A stretch of 64,000 nucleotides of DNA from Candidatus Heimdallarchaeum endolithica (GTDB lineage: Archaea > Asgardarchaeota > Heimdallarchaeia > Heimdallarchaeales > Heimdallarchaeaceae): NCBI GenBank assembly GCA_021513715.1, contig CP084167.1, positions 3,136,001 to 3,200,000 on the forward strand. The letters run 5' to 3'. The notes under the pieces are model-generated. The model was not told the DNA's origin and made no database searches. It saw only the letters and a list, made by a program, of their open reading frames with translations. How positions within the stretch are numbered: the first letter of the stretch is position 1; every line of letters starts with the position of its first letter. A program made the position numbers and the translations under genes. Positions 61,303-64,000 of the stretch are shown piece after piece.

Positions 61303-62291
61303 TTACCACCAAGAGATAAGTGGTTTATATTCTGTTTCTCCCAAGAAATGTTTACAAAGTTTATATAATTCAAGTCTTATCAACCTTTTGTAGCTCACAC
61401 TTCTTTTTAGCTCTTTGTGTCTTATTCTTGTTTTTAATTTTTGATCCCAGAGTTCAATGAATTTTCTTTTTCCTGTTTCTGTTAGCAATAAGTTTCCTAT
61501 TTTTCCTTCAAAATCCTTATTGTTGAGTATCTTCTTATTTACCAAAGTTAATATCACCCTATCTGATAATATGGGTTTAAAGATCTCACTCACATCGAGA
61601 GCAAGAGAAAATCTTCTTTCAAAAGGTTCATGTAAATATGAAATTGTAGGATTCAGCTGTGTATTGTATATCTCAGAGAGTATGGTGGTATACAAAAGCG
61701 AATTACCAAAACTAATCAAAGCGTTCATTTTGTTTGTAGGAGGCCTTCTTTCTCTTTTCATCATCTTATATTCTTTAGGAACAATTTGATCTATAGCCAT
61801 GTAATACTGATTTCGAATACTACCTTCTAGCCCCATTATTTTTTTAATATTTAATATTTCTTGAATTTTTTTTTTGTATTTTCTTCTATTTTTGAAATAA
61901 TCTCGCCAATTATTGAATCTTTTCTTCTACTTTTTAAGGTTTTAATTATATTCAACGCTGAACCCTCTACAAACTTTTGAGCTAATTTCAATCTTTTTGG
62001 GTAGGACAGATAATGTGCTGACTGTTTTACGACCATTTCTCCGCTAACCAATGTTTCTCTGGGAAATAATGTACTTTTATACCAACCATAATGATCAAAA
62101 AAGTGCACTGGTATCCCTTTTTTTCCAAGAAACAGTATTACTCCTCCAGATAGAGAAAGGTTTCCATAAGCATAGATCGCATTTATTCTTTCAACAGGTA
62201 AAGCTCTTTTTACATCTTTACAATGGAAGTATAATGTATTTTCTTTTCTGTATAGGACTCCATCTTTCACAATATAAAATTCCTTCTTCAT
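61303..62291 (-). pseudogene. cas1: Type I-B Cas1 split by a frameshift at an A10 run (61866-61875); possibly a sequencing error
   Basis: [11 protein letters not shown] in the N-half; [45 protein letters not shown] in the C-half; [11 protein letters not shown] bridges them in the -1 frame. Confidence 0.9.
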
Positions 62292-62822
62292 CTAAACCAC
62301 ATAACAAAAATCCTTGTATGCACATTTTGTGCATCTTGATGTTTTGATATTTTTTGGGAGTGAACCTTCAATTATTTTTTCAATTTTGTCTAAAATTAGA
62401 AGAATTTCTTTTTTATTTTCTTCTGTTAGAACTATATGTTTCTTTTTATTCTCTTTAGAATAACGAATTTCTCCTTCTGCATTTACTCCAAATTCGCTTA
62501 AAAAGTAGAGATAATACAACATTTGGTAATGGTCTGCTTTTTCGTTTTTACTAGATTTTTTTACTTCATTGAGAATTAATTTGTCTTTTCTATTAATAAA
62601 ATCAATGTTTATTGTATCTAAAATTGTTATATCTTTTTTAGTTTTAGAGTAAGATTCTTCATGTATTTGCTTTCCAATTAAAACATGTTCATTTTCATTT
62701 TCCAATTGAATATTCCTTGCAAACAGCCATAGCTTCCTTTTACAAATGAAATAATATGATACCATTACTCCAGTTATCTTTTTTAATTTTTCAAACAAAT
62801 TATTCATCACGATCACTTTCAA
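62292..62822 (-). CDS. cas4: CRISPR-associated Cas4
   Basis: YYFICKRKLWLF, G..IHE.SY, IDF..EVKKS, QMLYYL, C..CAY..FC. Confidence 0.95.
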   Translation of the reverse strand: MKVIVMNNLFEKLKKITGVMVSYYFICKRKLWLFARNIQLENENEHVLIGKQIHEESYSKTKKDITILDTINIDFINRKDKLILNEVKKSSKNEKADHYQMLYYLYFLSEFGVNAEGEIRYSKENKKKHIVLTEENKKEILLILDKIEKIIEGSLPKNIKTSRCTKCAYKDFCYVV

Positions 62823-64000
62823 ATTATAAAACTCTGTTCAAAAACTTCATTTAATTTCCTTATATCCAATCCCTCTTCATAAGAAAAATTGATTAAGTCT
62901 AGAAATTCTTTGTTTACTTTGATGTATCCGCTTAATTCTTCAAATTCTCCCGCTATGACCTTTTCTCTGATTAGATCAATTAAAGGATTACTCTTTGAAT
63001 CCATTTGTACATATCTATTTGAAAGCGAGACTGTAAACTTGTTTAAATATTTCTGCAACTTTCTTATTTCGATATATCTCTCATTTTTATTTTGATTATT
63101 AACAGCAATTTGTATAAACTTTTCCCATACTTTTTTTCCATAGATATTTGAACCTTTAGCAATCTCGTTTTTCTCTAGATACTCTTTTTCACTTTCAGAT
63201 TGTAAATTCTGGTTAATTTTTAATGTTGTAGGTAAAAAGATGCTAATAGAGTCACTGTTAATTAATCTTATCTTTTCTAAATCTTCAAATTTTAAATATT
63301 TCATTGGTTCGCTTATTTTAGATGTTGTTAGCGCATACTCACTTTCTTCTTTCTTTTTATACTCAATGACATATTTGTAGAACTCGTCAAATCTTTTTTC
63401 TTTGATAAATTCGTCTAATTCTTCTTTTCTATTTTCTTGGACTTTAAACCTTGTATCTACACCATAGATCATTTCAGCGGTTTCCATATTATAGACATAG
63501 AGTATACTCTCTTCTTTACTTCTCTTGTTTTCTCGATTGATCCTTCCAGCTATTTGCTCTATTGAATCAAGTATTGCATATTCTCTAAATCCGAAATCAC
63601 AGTCAATGTCCACTCCAGCTTCTACAGATTGAGTAGACACTAGAACAATATTCTTTGCATGTGTTTCCTGATTCATTAATTGAATGATCTCTTTTCTCCT
63701 GTCTGGAAGAATAGTCGAATTCAACAAGTACAATTCAAAATTGTTTTCATCCAGATTGTTTTTTAGGAACTGAAAGATCTCTATGGAGTTTCGTATTGTA
63801 TTAGTCACACAAAGAATTTTTTTCTTTTGTTCTTTACTACAATTTTCATATATTTTCTCAATGAAAAAGTCTAAAGAATCAATTTCTTTAATGTTAAAAC
63901 TCAGAGTGTTTCGTAGGAATAACTTGCTTTTAAAATACATTTCATGATTTTTTAAAAGAACTGAACATTTGTTCCTTTGTTCATTGTTAAGAAATAGAGA
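62819..64000 (-). CDS. cas3: Cas3 helicase, C-terminal part (frame is open to the window edge)
   Basis: VTNTIRNS, VSTQSVEAGVDID, DSIEQIAGRINRE. Confidence 0.9.
   Translation of the reverse strand, partial: SLFLNNEQRNKCSVLLKNHEMYFKSKLFLRNTLSFNIKEIDSLDFFIEKIYENCSKEQKKKILCVTNTIRNSIEIFQFLKNNLDENNFELYLLNSTILPDRRKEIIQLMNQETHAKNIVLVSTQSVEAGVDIDCDFGFREYAILDSIEQIAGRINRENKRSKEESILYVYNMETAEMIYGVDTRFKVQENRKEELDEFIKEKRFDEFYKYVIEYKKKEESEYALTTSKISEPMKYLKFEDLEKIRLINSDSISIFLPTTLKINQNLQSESEKEYLEKNEIAKGSNIYGKKVWEKFIQIAVNNQNKNERYIEIRKLQKYLNKFTVSLSNRYVQMDSKSNPLIDLIREKVIAGEFEELSGYIKVNKEFLDLINFSYEEGLDIRKLNEVFEQSFII

Overview
AT-rich archaeal chromosome segment. Deoxyhypusine synthase, IorAB, an archaeal-type I-B CRISPR repeat and three longin-like-domain proteins point to an Asgard archaeon, probably Heimdallarchaeia (inference). 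In order, the window holds: (1) a tandem pair of beta-helix plus Ca-binding-repeat surface proteins, the second frameshifted; (2) peptidases, transporters and a putative signalling cluster (longin-wHTH protein, stand-alone di-iron ODP, and a nearby 7TM-longin fusion); (3) a ~200-nt strongly self-complementary element upstream of an MFS gene; (4) three mosaic paralogs of a ~950-aa Tyr-rich surface protein, one broken by a precise 1296-bp intragenic inversion between 6-bp inverted cores; (5) a ~17-kb bacterial-type purine-catabolism cluster (Se-dependent XDH, YgeY, YgeW-like, HyuA, SsnA, XdhABC); (6) an intact 1004-bp DDE IS with 17-bp TIRs, a 6-bp TSD and a bipolar purine skew; (7) panE and iorAB; (8) a type I-B CRISPR locus with 19 repeats and cas1 split at an A10 run. 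All assignments come from motif recognition by eye; no database searches were run.
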